Source: Mycobacterium sp. (GTDB lineage Bacteria; Actinomycetota; Actinomycetes; Mycobacteriales; Mycobacteriaceae). From it: a DNA stretch of 64,000 bases. The notes beneath the pieces are model-generated. The model did no database searches and was not told the DNA's origin. It worked only from the letters and a program-made list of their open reading frames with translations. Positions 51,622-59,921 of this stretch are shown here, piece by piece. The stretch spans positions 4,504 to 68,503 of the forward strand of contig NZ_JAICZA010000003.1 of the NCBI RefSeq assembly GCF_025933915.1, read 5' to 3'. Within the stretch, counting starts at the first letter, position 1. Every line of letters begins with the position of its first letter. A program made the position numbers and the translations under genes.

Positions 51622-52871
51622 TAAACGGGGCGGAGTCGCTTGAGCTGTGTGACGTGCTTGGGGGACAGTTCCTCGAGGCAGGTGGCACCGAGCAGGCGCA
51701 TCGTGCGGGTCACGCCCTCGCGCAGAATGTCGATCGCCCGGCTCACGCCCGCCTCACCGCCGGCCATCAGGCCGTACAGGTAGGCCCGCCCGACCAGCGT
51801 GCAGCGGGCTCCGAGCGCGATCGCCGCGACGATGTCGGCGCCCGACATGATGCCGGTGTCCACCAGGATCTCGGTGTGCTGACCCAGCTCGCGGGCCACC
51901 GTCGGCAGCAGGTGGAAGGGCACCGGGGCCCGGTCCAGTTGGCGCCCGCCGTGATTGGACAACACGATGCCGTCGACGCCGCGGTCGACGACGGCGCGGG
52001 CATCGTCAAGCGTCTGGATCCCTTTCACGACGAGCTTGCCGGGCCATTGCTCCTTGATCCACTCCAGGTCATCGAAGGTCAGGCTCGGGTCGAACATCGT
52101 GCTCAGGTAGTCGGCGACGGTGCCGGGCCAGCGGTCCAGCGACGCGAACGCCAGCGGCTCGGTGGTCAACAGGTCAAACCACCACTTGGGGTGGGGCACC
52201 GCGTCCAGCACGGTTCGCAGCGTCAGCGTGGGCGGGATCGTCATCCCGTTGCGGTTGTCGCGCAGCCGCGCACCGGAGACCGGGACGTCGACGGTGGCAA
52301 GCAGGGTGTCGAAGCCGGCGTCGGCGGCCCGTTTCACCAGCGCCATCGAGCGTTCGCGGTCGCGCCACATGTAGAGCTGAAACCACTTGCGGCCCTGCGG
52401 GACGGCGGTGACGAGATCCTCGATGGCGCAGGTGCCCAGCGTGGACAGGGAAAACGGAATCCCCGCCCGGGCCGCCGCGTGCGCGCCGGCGATCTCGCCC
52501 TCGGTGTGCATCAGCCGGGTGAATCCGGTCGGCGCGATCGCGAACGGCAGGACGACCGGCTGGCCGAGCACATTCCATCCGGCGGTCACATTGCTGACGT
52601 CGCGCAGGATCGTCGGATGAAATTCGATGTCGCGGAAGGCTTGTCGGGCGCGCTCGAGGGACAGCTCGTCATCGGCGGCGCCGTCGGTGTAGTCGAACGC
52701 CGCCTTCGGAGTGCGCCGCTTCGCGATCCGCCGCAGGTCCTCGATGGTGTACGCGGCGGCGAGGCGCCGCTTGGTCGCGTTGAGCTCGGGTCGCTTGAAT
52801 TGCATGAGCGGGACGAGGTCGCGCACTTTGGGCACTCGTCGTTGGACGGCCTTTCGTCTTTCGAGTTCCAT
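51621..52871 (-). CDS. lldD2: FMN-dependent L-lactate dehydrogenase (start uncertain: ATG 52871 or GTG 52835)
   Basis: [39 protein letters not shown]. Confidence 0.95.
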   Translation of the reverse strand: MELERRKAVQRRVPKVRDLVPLMQFKRPELNATKRRLAAAYTIEDLRRIAKRRTPKAAFDYTDGAADDELSLERARQAFRDIEFHPTILRDVSNVTAGWNVLGQPVVLPFAIAPTGFTRLMHTEGEIAGAHAAARAGIPFSLSTLGTCAIEDLVTAVPQGRKWFQLYMWRDRERSMALVKRAADAGFDTLLATVDVPVSGARLRDNRNGMTIPPTLTLRTVLDAVPHPKWWFDLLTTEPLAFASLDRWPGTVADYLSTMFDPSLTFDDLEWIKEQWPGKLVVKGIQTLDDARAVVDRGVDGIVLSNHGGRQLDRAPVPFHLLPTVARELGQHTEILVDTGIMSGADIVAAIALGARCTLVGRAYLYGLMAGGEAGVSRAIDILREGVTRTMRLLGATCLEELSPKHVTQLKRLRPV

Positions 52872-52890
52872 AATGTGCAACCGTAGTCAG

Positions 52891-53328
52891 ATGGACTCGG
52901 CAGGCGACCCGTTCGATCTCAAGCGTTTTGTGGACGCGCAGGCTCCGGTCTACGGCAACGTCGTCGGCGAACTCCGCGACGGATGCAAGCGCAGTCACTG
53001 GATGTGGTTTGTCTTCCCGCAGTTGCGCGGCCTCGGAGGCAGCCCGACCGCGCTCCATTACGGCATTTCCTCGCTGGACGAAGCTCGCGCGTACCTGCGC
53101 CATGCCCCGCTGGGGCCGCGGTTGCACGAGTGCGCCCGGCTGGTCACAGCGGTGCAAGGGCGATCGATCGGCCAGATTTTCGGTTCGCCCGACGACCTCA
53201 AGCTGTGCTCGTCGATGACGCTGTTCGCCCGCGCCACCGAGGACAACGAGGACTTCGTCGCGGTGCTCGAGAAGTATTACGACGGCCGCCAGGACGAGCT
53301 GACCCTGCGGCGGCTGCCCGCGCCATAG
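52891..53328 (+). CDS. DUF1810 family protein (Rv1873-like)
   Basis: FDLKRFVDAQ, KRSHWMWFVFPQLRGLG, DDLKLCSSMTLF. Confidence 0.93.
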   Translation: MDSAGDPFDLKRFVDAQAPVYGNVVGELRDGCKRSHWMWFVFPQLRGLGGSPTALHYGISSLDEARAYLRHAPLGPRLHECARLVTAVQGRSIGQIFGSPDDLKLCSSMTLFARATEDNEDFVAVLEKYYDGRQDELTLRRLPAP

Positions 53329-53348
53329 AAGGGGCCCTGAAACCGGCC

Positions 53349-54677
53349 CTAGACCGGGCTCAGTATCCGCCAGCCCCGCGCCTCGACGGCAACGCTGTCG
53401 ACGGCCTCTGGTGGCGGCACCTCCGACCCGCCGATGACCTGTGCACGCCCCTTGCCCAGCTCTGACAACGAAACATGCAGCGGTTCGTCGTCGATGTTGA
53501 GCACCACCAGCAGGGTATCGTCGCCGTTACGCGTCTCATAGACGTAGTGCCGGTTCTCCAGCCGTAACGCGGTGGTGGATGCCGTGTGCAGCCACGGGTG
53601 GCGCCGACGCAACCCGACCAGGTACTGGTGCAACGCCCAGACCTCGATGCCGAAGTCATCTAATTGCAGTGGGGGAGGGCCGAATTCGGGGCGTACCGCA
53701 TCGTCACCGCCGAACCGTTCTTCCTTGACGCCGTGAAACCCGAGCTCGTCGCCGGCGTAGATGCTGGGCACCCCGCCGATGGTGAGCAGGAGCACCAGCG
53801 CGTGGGCAACATGCGCGGGGTTTCCCAGCCTGCTGGCGATGCGGGTGACGTCGTGATTGCCGATGAATGTCAGCGGCGCGAAGCGGTTCAGAAAGTCGTT
53901 GTGGCGCTGCAGCGCCCAGTCCAGTTCGAAGAAGTTGCCGTCGTTGAGGCTGCTCCAGATCGCCTTCCACAACTCGTATTGGGTGGCCGAGTCGAACGTG
54001 GCGGCTTCGACAACGGCGGCGTAGTCGCCGTGGATGAGTTCGCCGACGAACCAGGCCTCCGGATACCGCTCGCGCACCCGTGGCAACGTTGACGCCCAGA
54101 AGTGTTGGGGGACGGCATAAGCCGCGTCGAGACGCCAGCCGTCGGCGCCGCGCGCCAACCAGTGCGCCATCACCTCGACGGTGTAGTCCACGACTTCGGG
54201 GTTGTCGTGGTTGAGGGTGATCAGCCCGTCGTGGCCTTCGAACGTGTGAAAGTGTCCCGGACGTCCGCGGAACCACCGCGCGGCGGCGGCGTCGTCGGGC
54301 GCCTCCCGGTAGCGCGGGAAATCCACCCCGACATGGTTGAATACGCCGTCGAGCAGCACGCACAGGCCGCGGCGGTGCGCTTCGTCGACGAGGCGGTCGA
54401 AGTCGGCGTCATCACCGAGGCGGGGATCGATGCGGTAGTGGTCGGTGGTGTCGTAACCGTGTGTGCGCGAGGCGAAGATCGGGCCCAGCGCTATACCGGA
54501 TGCACCGAGTTCGATGGCGTGGTCGAACCAGTCGACGAGCCGCAGCAACCGGTGTTCCGCTGGTTGCTGCGGCTCGTTTGACCGCGGTACGGGGAACGCG
54601 CCCACGAACCCCAGGGGGTAGACCTGCCACCAGATCGCGTGCCGGACCCAGCTGGGTCCCGACGCGGCACTGGTCAC
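53349..54677 (-). CDS. GH13 alpha-amylase-family glycoside hydrolase
   Basis: THGYDTTDH, LDGVFNH, DGWRLDAAY (nucleophile Asp), VGELIH, FIGNHDVTR, YAGDELG; 442 aa. Confidence 0.92.
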   Translation of the reverse strand: MTSAASGPSWVRHAIWWQVYPLGFVGAFPVPRSNEPQQPAEHRLLRLVDWFDHAIELGASGIALGPIFASRTHGYDTTDHYRIDPRLGDDADFDRLVDEAHRRGLCVLLDGVFNHVGVDFPRYREAPDDAAAARWFRGRPGHFHTFEGHDGLITLNHDNPEVVDYTVEVMAHWLARGADGWRLDAAYAVPQHFWASTLPRVRERYPEAWFVGELIHGDYAAVVEAATFDSATQYELWKAIWSSLNDGNFFELDWALQRHNDFLNRFAPLTFIGNHDVTRIASRLGNPAHVAHALVLLLTIGGVPSIYAGDELGFHGVKEERFGGDDAVRPEFGPPPLQLDDFGIEVWALHQYLVGLRRRHPWLHTASTTALRLENRHYVYETRNGDDTLLVVLNIDDEPLHVSLSELGKGRAQVIGGSEVPPPEAVDSVAVEARGWRILSPV

Positions 54678-54687
54678 GACGACACGA

Positions 54688-55224
54688 TCAGCCGACGGTC
54701 GCCAGCGTCTGGGAAGCGACAATCGCCTGGGCCACGCCGGAAATGATCGCCGCGGCCTTCAGTGCCTCCTGGATGGTTTCCCGGCTGACACCGGCTTCCC
54801 GCAGCGTGTGTTCATGCGCGGCCACGCAATCCGGGCATCCGTTGATCGACGACACCGCGAAGCACCACAGCTCGAAGTTCGCCTTCTCCACGCCGGGATT
54901 GGCGATGATGTTCATCCGCAATCCCGCGCGCAGGTCGTCGTACTTGCCGTCGAGAAAGCCCCGGCCACGGTAGAACACGTTGTTCATGGCCATGACCGAT
55001 GCGGCTCCCAGCGCCGCGTTGTATGCCTCGGCGGACAGGGTGTCGGCCGCCTCGGTGCCTATCTCGTTGAGCACCTGCGTGTTCCGGGTAGCCGCGGCGC
55101 TCGCCAACAGCGTGCCCCACAGCTGCTCCTCGTTGAGCTCGGTCGTGCGAGTAATCGAGCCGAGGTTGAGCTTGAGGTCCTTGGCGTACTCCGGCAGCGC
55201 TTCTTTGAGGTTTTCTACGCTCAT
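54688..55224 (-). CDS. ahpD: Alkyl hydroperoxidase AhpD
   Basis: [34 protein letters not shown] CxxC motif. Confidence 0.98.
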   Translation of the reverse strand: MSVENLKEALPEYAKDLKLNLGSITRTTELNEEQLWGTLLASAAATRNTQVLNEIGTEAADTLSAEAYNAALGAASVMAMNNVFYRGRGFLDGKYDDLRAGLRMNIIANPGVEKANFELWCFAVSSINGCPDCVAAHEHTLREAGVSRETIQEALKAAAIISGVAQAIVASQTLATVG

Positions 55225-55262
55225 CTCGCCTCCTCATGAGACCTTATGCGATCGGGTCTAAA

Positions 55263-55850
55263 TCAGGCCGACTTCTTGAGCAGCTCGGTGGCGTCCAGCG
55301 TCGGGTCACCCTTGCGCCAGTTGCAAGCGCACAGTTCGTCGGATTGCAGGGCGTCCAGGACGCGCAGCACTTCCTCGACGTTGCGGCCCACGGAACCCGC
55401 GGTGACCGAAACGAACTGGATCTCGTTGTTCGGGTCGACGAGGAAGGTCGCTCGGTCGGCCACTCCCTCGGCGTTGAGCACGCCGGTGCTCAGGCTCAGC
55501 TCCCGCTTGATGTCCGAGAGCATCGGGAAGGGCAACTTCTTGAGGTCCTCGTGCTGCGCACGCCAGTTGAAGTGCACGAACTCGCTGTCGATGGACACGC
55601 CCAGAACCTGGGCGTCGCGGTCCTCGAACTCGTCGTTGAGCTTGCCGAAGGCGGCAATCTCAGTCGGGCACACGAAGGTGAAGTCCTTCGGCCAGAAGAA
55701 CACCACGCGCCACTTGCCGGCGTGGTCCTCGCTGGTGATGGTAGTGAAGTAGTCGTCAGGCTGCTTGGCGTCGACCTTGGACAGGTCGCCCGCGATCAGC
55801 GCAGTGAGCTCGTAGGCGGGGAACTGGTCGCCGATGGTTAGCAGAGGCAT
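55263..55850 (-). CDS. ahpC: Peroxiredoxin AhpC
   Basis: FFWPKDFTFVCPTE, DELCACNW; SD AAGGAG. Confidence 0.99.
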   Translation of the reverse strand: MPLLTIGDQFPAYELTALIAGDLSKVDAKQPDDYFTTITSEDHAGKWRVVFFWPKDFTFVCPTEIAAFGKLNDEFEDRDAQVLGVSIDSEFVHFNWRAQHEDLKKLPFPMLSDIKRELSLSTGVLNAEGVADRATFLVDPNNEIQFVSVTAGSVGRNVEEVLRVLDALQSDELCACNWRKGDPTLDATELLKKSA

Positions 55851-55938
55851 GTCGCTCCTTATTTGGATTAATTCAAGATTAGCTTCTTTCCACCATATTG
55901 CCCTGTACTCTTCTTGAAGTAAAGGTGATACTTCCCAC

Positions 55939-55951
55939 TATACTTATAGGT
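55939..55951 (+). promoter_or_regulatory. Leaderless oxyR promoter in an AT-rich ahpC/oxyR intergenic region
   Basis: TATACT -10 followed by 7 nt and then ATG 55952; nearby GATA-N7-CTAT and ATAG-N7-CGAT resemble OxyR half-site pairs. Confidence 0.6.
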
Positions 55952-56887
55952 ATGACCGATAAGATTTATCAGCCGACGCTCGCCGGTCTTCGTGCGTTCG
56001 TCGCGGTGGCCGAAAGGCGTCAATTCAGCGGTGCGGCAGTCGCTCTCGGTGTCAGTCAGTCGACCTTGTCGCAGGCCCTCTCGGGGCTCGAGGCGGGCCT
56101 GGGCACCCGGCTCGTCGAACGCTCGACACGGCGTGTCTTCTTGACACCCGAAGGCGCGGAACTGCTGCCGCGCGCGCAGGCCGTCGTCGAGGCGACCGAC
56201 GCGTTCACCGCGGCCGCGGCGGGCACCTCGGATCCGTTGCGGGCCGGCATGCGGCTGGGGCTGATTCCCACCGTGGCGCCCTACGTGCTGCCGACCGTGC
56301 TGGCCGGGGTCGCCGAGCAATTGCCGGGGCTGACGTTGCGGGTGACGGAAGACCAGACCGAGCGGTTATTGGCGGTCTTGCGTGAGGGGGCACTGGACGC
56401 GGCATTGATCGCCCTGCCCGCCGAGACCGCCGGGGTCAGCGCGATCCCGATCTACGACGAGGATTTCGTTCTCGCCCTGCCTCCCGGCCATCCGCTGGCG
56501 GGCAAGCGCCGGGTACCGGCGACGGCGCTTGCCGACCTGCCGTTGCTGCTGCTGGACGAGGGGCACTGCCTGCGCGACCAGGCGCTGGAGGTCTGCCACA
56601 AGGCGGGGGTGCGAGCGGAGCTGGCCAACACCAGGGCGGCGTCACTGGCGACCGCGGTCCAGTGCGTGACAGGCGGTTTGGGTGTGACGCTGATTCCGCA
56701 GAGCGCGGTGCCGGTCGAGGCCTCGAGAAGCCGCCTGGGCCTTGCGCAGTTCGCGGCGCCGCGCCCGGGCCGGCGGATCGGCTTGGTCTACCGCTCGTCG
56801 AGTGGCCGCGACGAGGCCTACCGCCAGCTGGCCGAGCTCATCGGGAAGTTGATCAGCAGCCAACACCAAGTGCGGCTGGTGAAGTAG
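55952..56887 (+). CDS. oxyR: Intact LysR-type peroxide sensor OxyR
   Basis: LysR HTH; [18 protein letters not shown] containing the two conserved Cys; divergent from ahpC; 311 aa with no frameshift. Confidence 0.95.
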   Translation: MTDKIYQPTLAGLRAFVAVAERRQFSGAAVALGVSQSTLSQALSGLEAGLGTRLVERSTRRVFLTPEGAELLPRAQAVVEATDAFTAAAAGTSDPLRAGMRLGLIPTVAPYVLPTVLAGVAEQLPGLTLRVTEDQTERLLAVLREGALDAALIALPAETAGVSAIPIYDEDFVLALPPGHPLAGKRRVPATALADLPLLLLDEGHCLRDQALEVCHKAGVRAELANTRAASLATAVQCVTGGLGVTLIPQSAVPVEASRSRLGLAQFAAPRPGRRIGLVYRSSSGRDEAYRQLAELIGKLISSQHQVRLVK

Positions 56888-56921
56888 ACCTGTCGACGCC
56901 CGCCGACGGTAGGTTCGGCCT

Positions 56922-57623
56922 ATGGAAAAGGTAATCGCGGTGCTCATGCGCGCCGAGTCCGAGGACGACTGGTGCGCTCGGCAGCGGGGGCCGGTCGCCG
57001 AGGCGCTGCTGGAGCTGGGCGTGCTCGGACTGTCGGTCAATGTCCGTGACGACGCCGTGCGCCAGTCGTTGATGACTCTCACGACGCTGGACCCGCCCGT
57101 CGCCGCGGTGGTGAGCATGTGGACCCAGCAGTGCTACGGCGAGCAGCTGACGGTGGCGCTCGACCTGCTCGCCCAGGAGTGTGACCAGCTCGCCGCGTAT
57201 CTGGTGACCGAATCGGTCCCACTGAGTGCCCCCGCTGTCGAATTCGGAGCCCGCACACCGGGTTTGGCCAATATCGCGTTGCTGCGCCGGCCCGCCGACA
57301 TGGACCAGGCGACGTGGCTGACCCGTTGGCAACGCGACCACACGCCGGTGGCCATCGACACGCAGTCGACGTTCGGCTACACCCAGAACTGGGTGGTGCG
57401 CACGCTCACCCCGGACGCACCGGGGATCGCCGGCATCGTCGAGGAGTTGTTCCCCGCTGAGGCAATCACCGACCTTCGGGCGTTCTTCGGGGCCGCCGAC
57501 GACGGCGATCTACAACATCGGCTGGGGCGAATGGTGGCCAGCACGACGGCGTTTGGCGCCAACGAGAACATCGACACCGTGCCGACGAGCCGCTACGTCA
57601 TCACCACGCCGTTCACGGAATGA
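56922..57623 (+). CDS. EthD-domain protein (Rv1874-like)
   Basis: WQRDHTPVA...FGYTQNWV...GIVEELFP; synteny. Confidence 0.8.
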   Translation: MEKVIAVLMRAESEDDWCARQRGPVAEALLELGVLGLSVNVRDDAVRQSLMTLTTLDPPVAAVVSMWTQQCYGEQLTVALDLLAQECDQLAAYLVTESVPLSAPAVEFGARTPGLANIALLRRPADMDQATWLTRWQRDHTPVAIDTQSTFGYTQNWVVRTLTPDAPGIAGIVEELFPAEAITDLRAFFGAADDGDLQHRLGRMVASTTAFGANENIDTVPTSRYVITTPFTE

Positions 57624-57632
57624 GGAGTTGAG

Positions 57633-58076
57633 ATGACAACGCTGCGCGACGCCGTGGCATTGGCCGCGGGGGAAAGCGGACTGGCGGTGGTATCGACCGT
57701 TCGCGGTGACGGGACGGTGCAGGCATCGCTGGTCAACGTGGGCCTGCTGTCGCACCCGGCGAATGGTCAACCGGTTCTGGGGTTTACCACCTACGGCAGA
57801 GTCAAGCTGGCCAACCTGCGTGCCCGGCCGCAGTTGGCCATCACCTTTCGCAACGGGTGGCAGTGGGCGACCGTCGAGGGGCGCGCGGAGCTGGCCGGGC
57901 CCGACGACACCCAGCCCTGGCTGACGGATGCCGATCGGTTGCGGTTGCTGCTGCGCGACGTGTTCACCGCGGCGGGCGGCAGCCACGACGACTGGGACGA
58001 ATACGACCGGGTGATGGCGCGGGAGCATCGCGCCGTGGTGCTGATCGCCCCAACCCGCGTCTACAGCAACGGTTGA
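57633..58076 (+). CDS. PPOX-class F420-dependent oxidoreductase (Rv1875-like)
   Basis: AVVSTVRGDG, KLANLRARP, WATVEG, YDRVMAREHRAVV. Confidence 0.9.
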   Translation: MTTLRDAVALAAGESGLAVVSTVRGDGTVQASLVNVGLLSHPANGQPVLGFTTYGRVKLANLRARPQLAITFRNGWQWATVEGRAELAGPDDTQPWLTDADRLRLLLRDVFTAAGGSHDDWDEYDRVMAREHRAVVLIAPTRVYSNG

Positions 58077-58095
58077 GCGGGCTTAGGCTGCGGGG

Positions 58096-58845
58096 GTGAC
58101 GCTGCAGATCGATGACGACGAGCGGGTACGCACCCTCACGCTGAACCGGCCGGAGGCGCTCAACGCCTTCAACGAAGCCCTTTACGACGCCACCGCCGAG
58201 GCGCTGCTGGCCGCCGCCGACGATCCCGAAGTCGCCGTCGTCCTGCTAACCGGTGCGGGTCGCGGATTCAGCGCCGGTACCGACCTGGGCGAGATGCAGG
58301 CCCGTATCACCGACCCGGACTTCACCCCGGGCAAGCATGGCTTCATCGGACTCATCAACGCGCTCAGCGCGTTTCCCAAGCCACTGATCTGCGCGGTGAA
58401 CGGCGTCGGGGTGGGGATTGGTGCCACGATTCTGGGCTATGCCGATCTGACATTCATGTCGTCGACGGCCCGCTTGAAGTGCCCGTTCACCAGCCTGGGC
58501 GTAGCGCCGGAAGCGGCGTCGTCATATCTGCTGCCGCAGCTGGTGGGCCGCCAGAATGCCGCCTGGCTGTTGATGTCCTCCGAATGGGTCGACGCCGACG
58601 AGGCGTTGCGGATGGGTCTGGTCTGGCGTGTCTGCGAACCGGACGAGTTGCTGCCGCAGGCCCGTCACCATGCCGAAATCCTTGCCTCACGGCCCATCTC
58701 GAGTTTGATGGCGGTCAAGCACACGATGATGGAACCGGTCCGTCCCGAGATCGCGGCGGCCACAGCGCGGGAAAACGCGCACTTCGCCGAGCTGATGGGA
58801 GCGCAAGCCAACGCGGCGGCGCTGGCTGATTTCAATAAAGGCTGA
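58096..58845 (+). CDS. Enoyl-CoA hydratase/isomerase family protein
   Basis: LNRPEALNAF, FSAGTD, CAVNGVGVGIG, LGVAPEAASS; only one catalytic Glu is evident, which suggests an isomerase. Confidence 0.9.
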   Translation: MTLQIDDDERVRTLTLNRPEALNAFNEALYDATAEALLAAADDPEVAVVLLTGAGRGFSAGTDLGEMQARITDPDFTPGKHGFIGLINALSAFPKPLICAVNGVGVGIGATILGYADLTFMSSTARLKCPFTSLGVAPEAASSYLLPQLVGRQNAAWLLMSSEWVDADEALRMGLVWRVCEPDELLPQARHHAEILASRPISSLMAVKHTMMEPVRPEIAAATARENAHFAELMGAQANAAALADFNKG

Positions 58846-58879
58846 CGCGTTTCGATAGAGGCCGAAGCGTCGTCCCGGA

Positions 58880-59065
58880 TTAGGCCGACGGCGCTGCCTC
58901 TAGTTTCGCCGAGTCGGCGAGGATCGCCCGCAATGTGCGCCGGCAGCGACCGCAGTCACCGCCCGCCCCGCACGCCGCGGCGATTTCTTTGGATGTCGAC
59001 GCACCCTGCGCGACGACATCGCACACGGTCTGGCTGGTAGCCCCGACGCACAGGCACACGTACAT
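58880..59065 (-). CDS. bfd: Bacterioferritin-associated [2Fe-2S] ferredoxin
   Basis: MYVCLC...CGRC Bfd signature; divergent from bfr. Confidence 0.93.
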   Translation of the reverse strand: MYVCLCVGATSQTVCDVVAQGASTSKEIAAACGAGGDCGRCRRTLRAILADSAKLEAAPSA

Positions 59066-59194
59066 CAGCGCACCGCCTGCATGTTGGCATCCCCTTCATC
59101 GAAGATCCGGCCTAGCCACCGCATGTCAGCCCCGCGCCTAGACTCCGGGGTGCTTGAGCGCCCCGGCGACGGTACCGAACAAACATGCCGCATA

Positions 59195-59237
59195 TTAGTT
59201 GAGTCTAACCTAACTTGCTTAGTGAAGTCTAACCTAA
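59195..59237. promoter_or_regulatory. Tandem IdeR boxes between bfd and bfr
   Basis: TTAGTTGAGTCTAACCTAA (59195-59213) and TTAGTGAAGTCTAACCTAA (59219-59237), each 16/19 to the consensus, 24 bp apart. Confidence 0.9.
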
Positions 59238-59405
59238 TAAAGGGTTGCCTAGGTCACTTCGGCGCCGCACTGAGTGCAGCCAAACCTTGCTAGAACATTT
59301 GCGGCGGTCGTGGCAAAGTGCTGGTACAGCCCAGGTTTGTGCGTTCCAGCCCAGCGCACCGAACTGCGGCCGAACATGACACCCGCAGCCACCGTAGGAG
59401 TGAAA

Positions 59406-59885
59406 ATGCAAGGGGATCCGGACGTTTTGCGTCTGCTCAACGAGCAGTTGACCAGCGAGCTCACCGCGATCAACCAATACTTCCTGCACTCCAAGATGCA
59501 GGACAACTGGGGTTTCACCGAGTTAGCTGAGCACACCCGCGCCGAGTCCTTCGACGAGATGCGACACGCCGAGTCGATCACCGACCGCATCCTGCTGCTC
59601 GACGGGTTACCGAACTACCAGCGCCTCTTCTCGCTGCGCATCGGCCAGACGTTGCGCGAGCAGTTCGAGGCCGACCTGGCCATCGAATACGAGGTGATGG
59701 ACCGGCTCAAGCCGGCCATCGTCCTGTGCCGGGAAAAGCAGGATTCCACCACCGCCACCCTCTTCGAGGACATCGTGGCCGACGAGGAAAAGCACATCGA
59801 CTACCTGGAGACGCAGCTGGAGTTGATGGACAAGCTGGGCGTGGAGCTGTACTCGGCGCAGTGCGTCTCCCGGCCACCCAGCTGA
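59406..59885 (+). CDS. bfrA: Bacterioferritin
   Basis: ELTAINQYFLH, DEMRHA, EEKHIDYLETQL; SD AGGAG; 159 aa. Confidence 0.99.
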   Translation: MQGDPDVLRLLNEQLTSELTAINQYFLHSKMQDNWGFTELAEHTRAESFDEMRHAESITDRILLLDGLPNYQRLFSLRIGQTLREQFEADLAIEYEVMDRLKPAIVLCREKQDSTTATLFEDIVADEEKHIDYLETQLELMDKLGVELYSAQCVSRPPS

Positions 59886-59921
59886 CCTGGGCCGCGCCGA
59901 ACTAGGTACCGTCGGGCTGGC

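Noticed and set aside
59238-59257. Third IdeR box near bfr
   Set aside because: Only about 11/19 consensus matches, with a poor right half.
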